From the NCBI GenBank assembly GCA_036172245.1, contig JAYWIR010000033.1:2232001-2296000 (forward strand): a stretch of 64,000 nucleotides of DNA, in the 5' to 3' direction. The notes under the pieces are model-generated. The model saw only the letters and a program-made list of their open reading frames with translations, did not search any database and was not told where the DNA came from. The translations under genes were made by a program, and so were the position numbers. Every line of letters starts with the position of its first letter. Positions within the stretch are counted from its first letter, which is position 1. This document shows positions 63,816 through 64,000 of this stretch, piece after piece. The DNA is from Raillietiella orientalis. Its lineage: Eukaryota.

Positions 63816-64000
63816 TGTGCGAGCGACCACTGCACTCCTTTTGCAACAACCGCTTGCTGCAGGACGTCATCGTGCAGCCCACCACGTGTACGTTAGCGGA
63901 AAGGAGCGCCATAGTCGCGGCACTGCGCTTCCTGAGGGAGCACCTGGACTGTAACCAGCCGTCCAAATGGGATTTCAGTTGAGAAACAGGTCTTCGGAGG
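63816..64000 (+). mobile_element. LINE ORF2 fragment running off the window end
   Basis: Homologous to 36160-36400 (gctgcaggacgtcatcgtgcag shared). Confidence 0.8.

Overview
This is eukaryotic DNA, most likely from an arthropod or crustacean (inferred from the very short introns and the many ionotropic-receptor-like relics). It contains one intact gene, a 7-exon taxilin-family coiled-coil gene (+, ~53855-57464, 415 aa), set in an AT-rich island. Almost everything else is a densely packed mosaic of decayed fragments with little spacer DNA, of three kinds. (1) About 20 frameshifted, apparently intronless relics resembling divergent ionotropic (glutamate-like) receptors (IRs), mostly on the - strand. 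(2) About 15 fragments of L1/Tx1-type non-LTR retrotransposons; their 3' ends share a structured terminus (a covarying NTGCGT-loop hairpin, then AATAAA plus a CCGG-N5-CCGG hairpin) instead of a poly(A) tail. (3) Four decayed pieces resembling mononegaviral L (polymerase/capping) protein, i.e. candidate endogenous viral elements (EVEs); three of them directly abut a LINE 3' terminus. The taxilin structure, the LINE repeats and the hairpins are read directly from the sequence. IR and viral calls are by-eye motif matches across frameshifts, have approximate boundaries, and need profile searches to confirm. No rRNA, tRNA or CRISPR array was seen.
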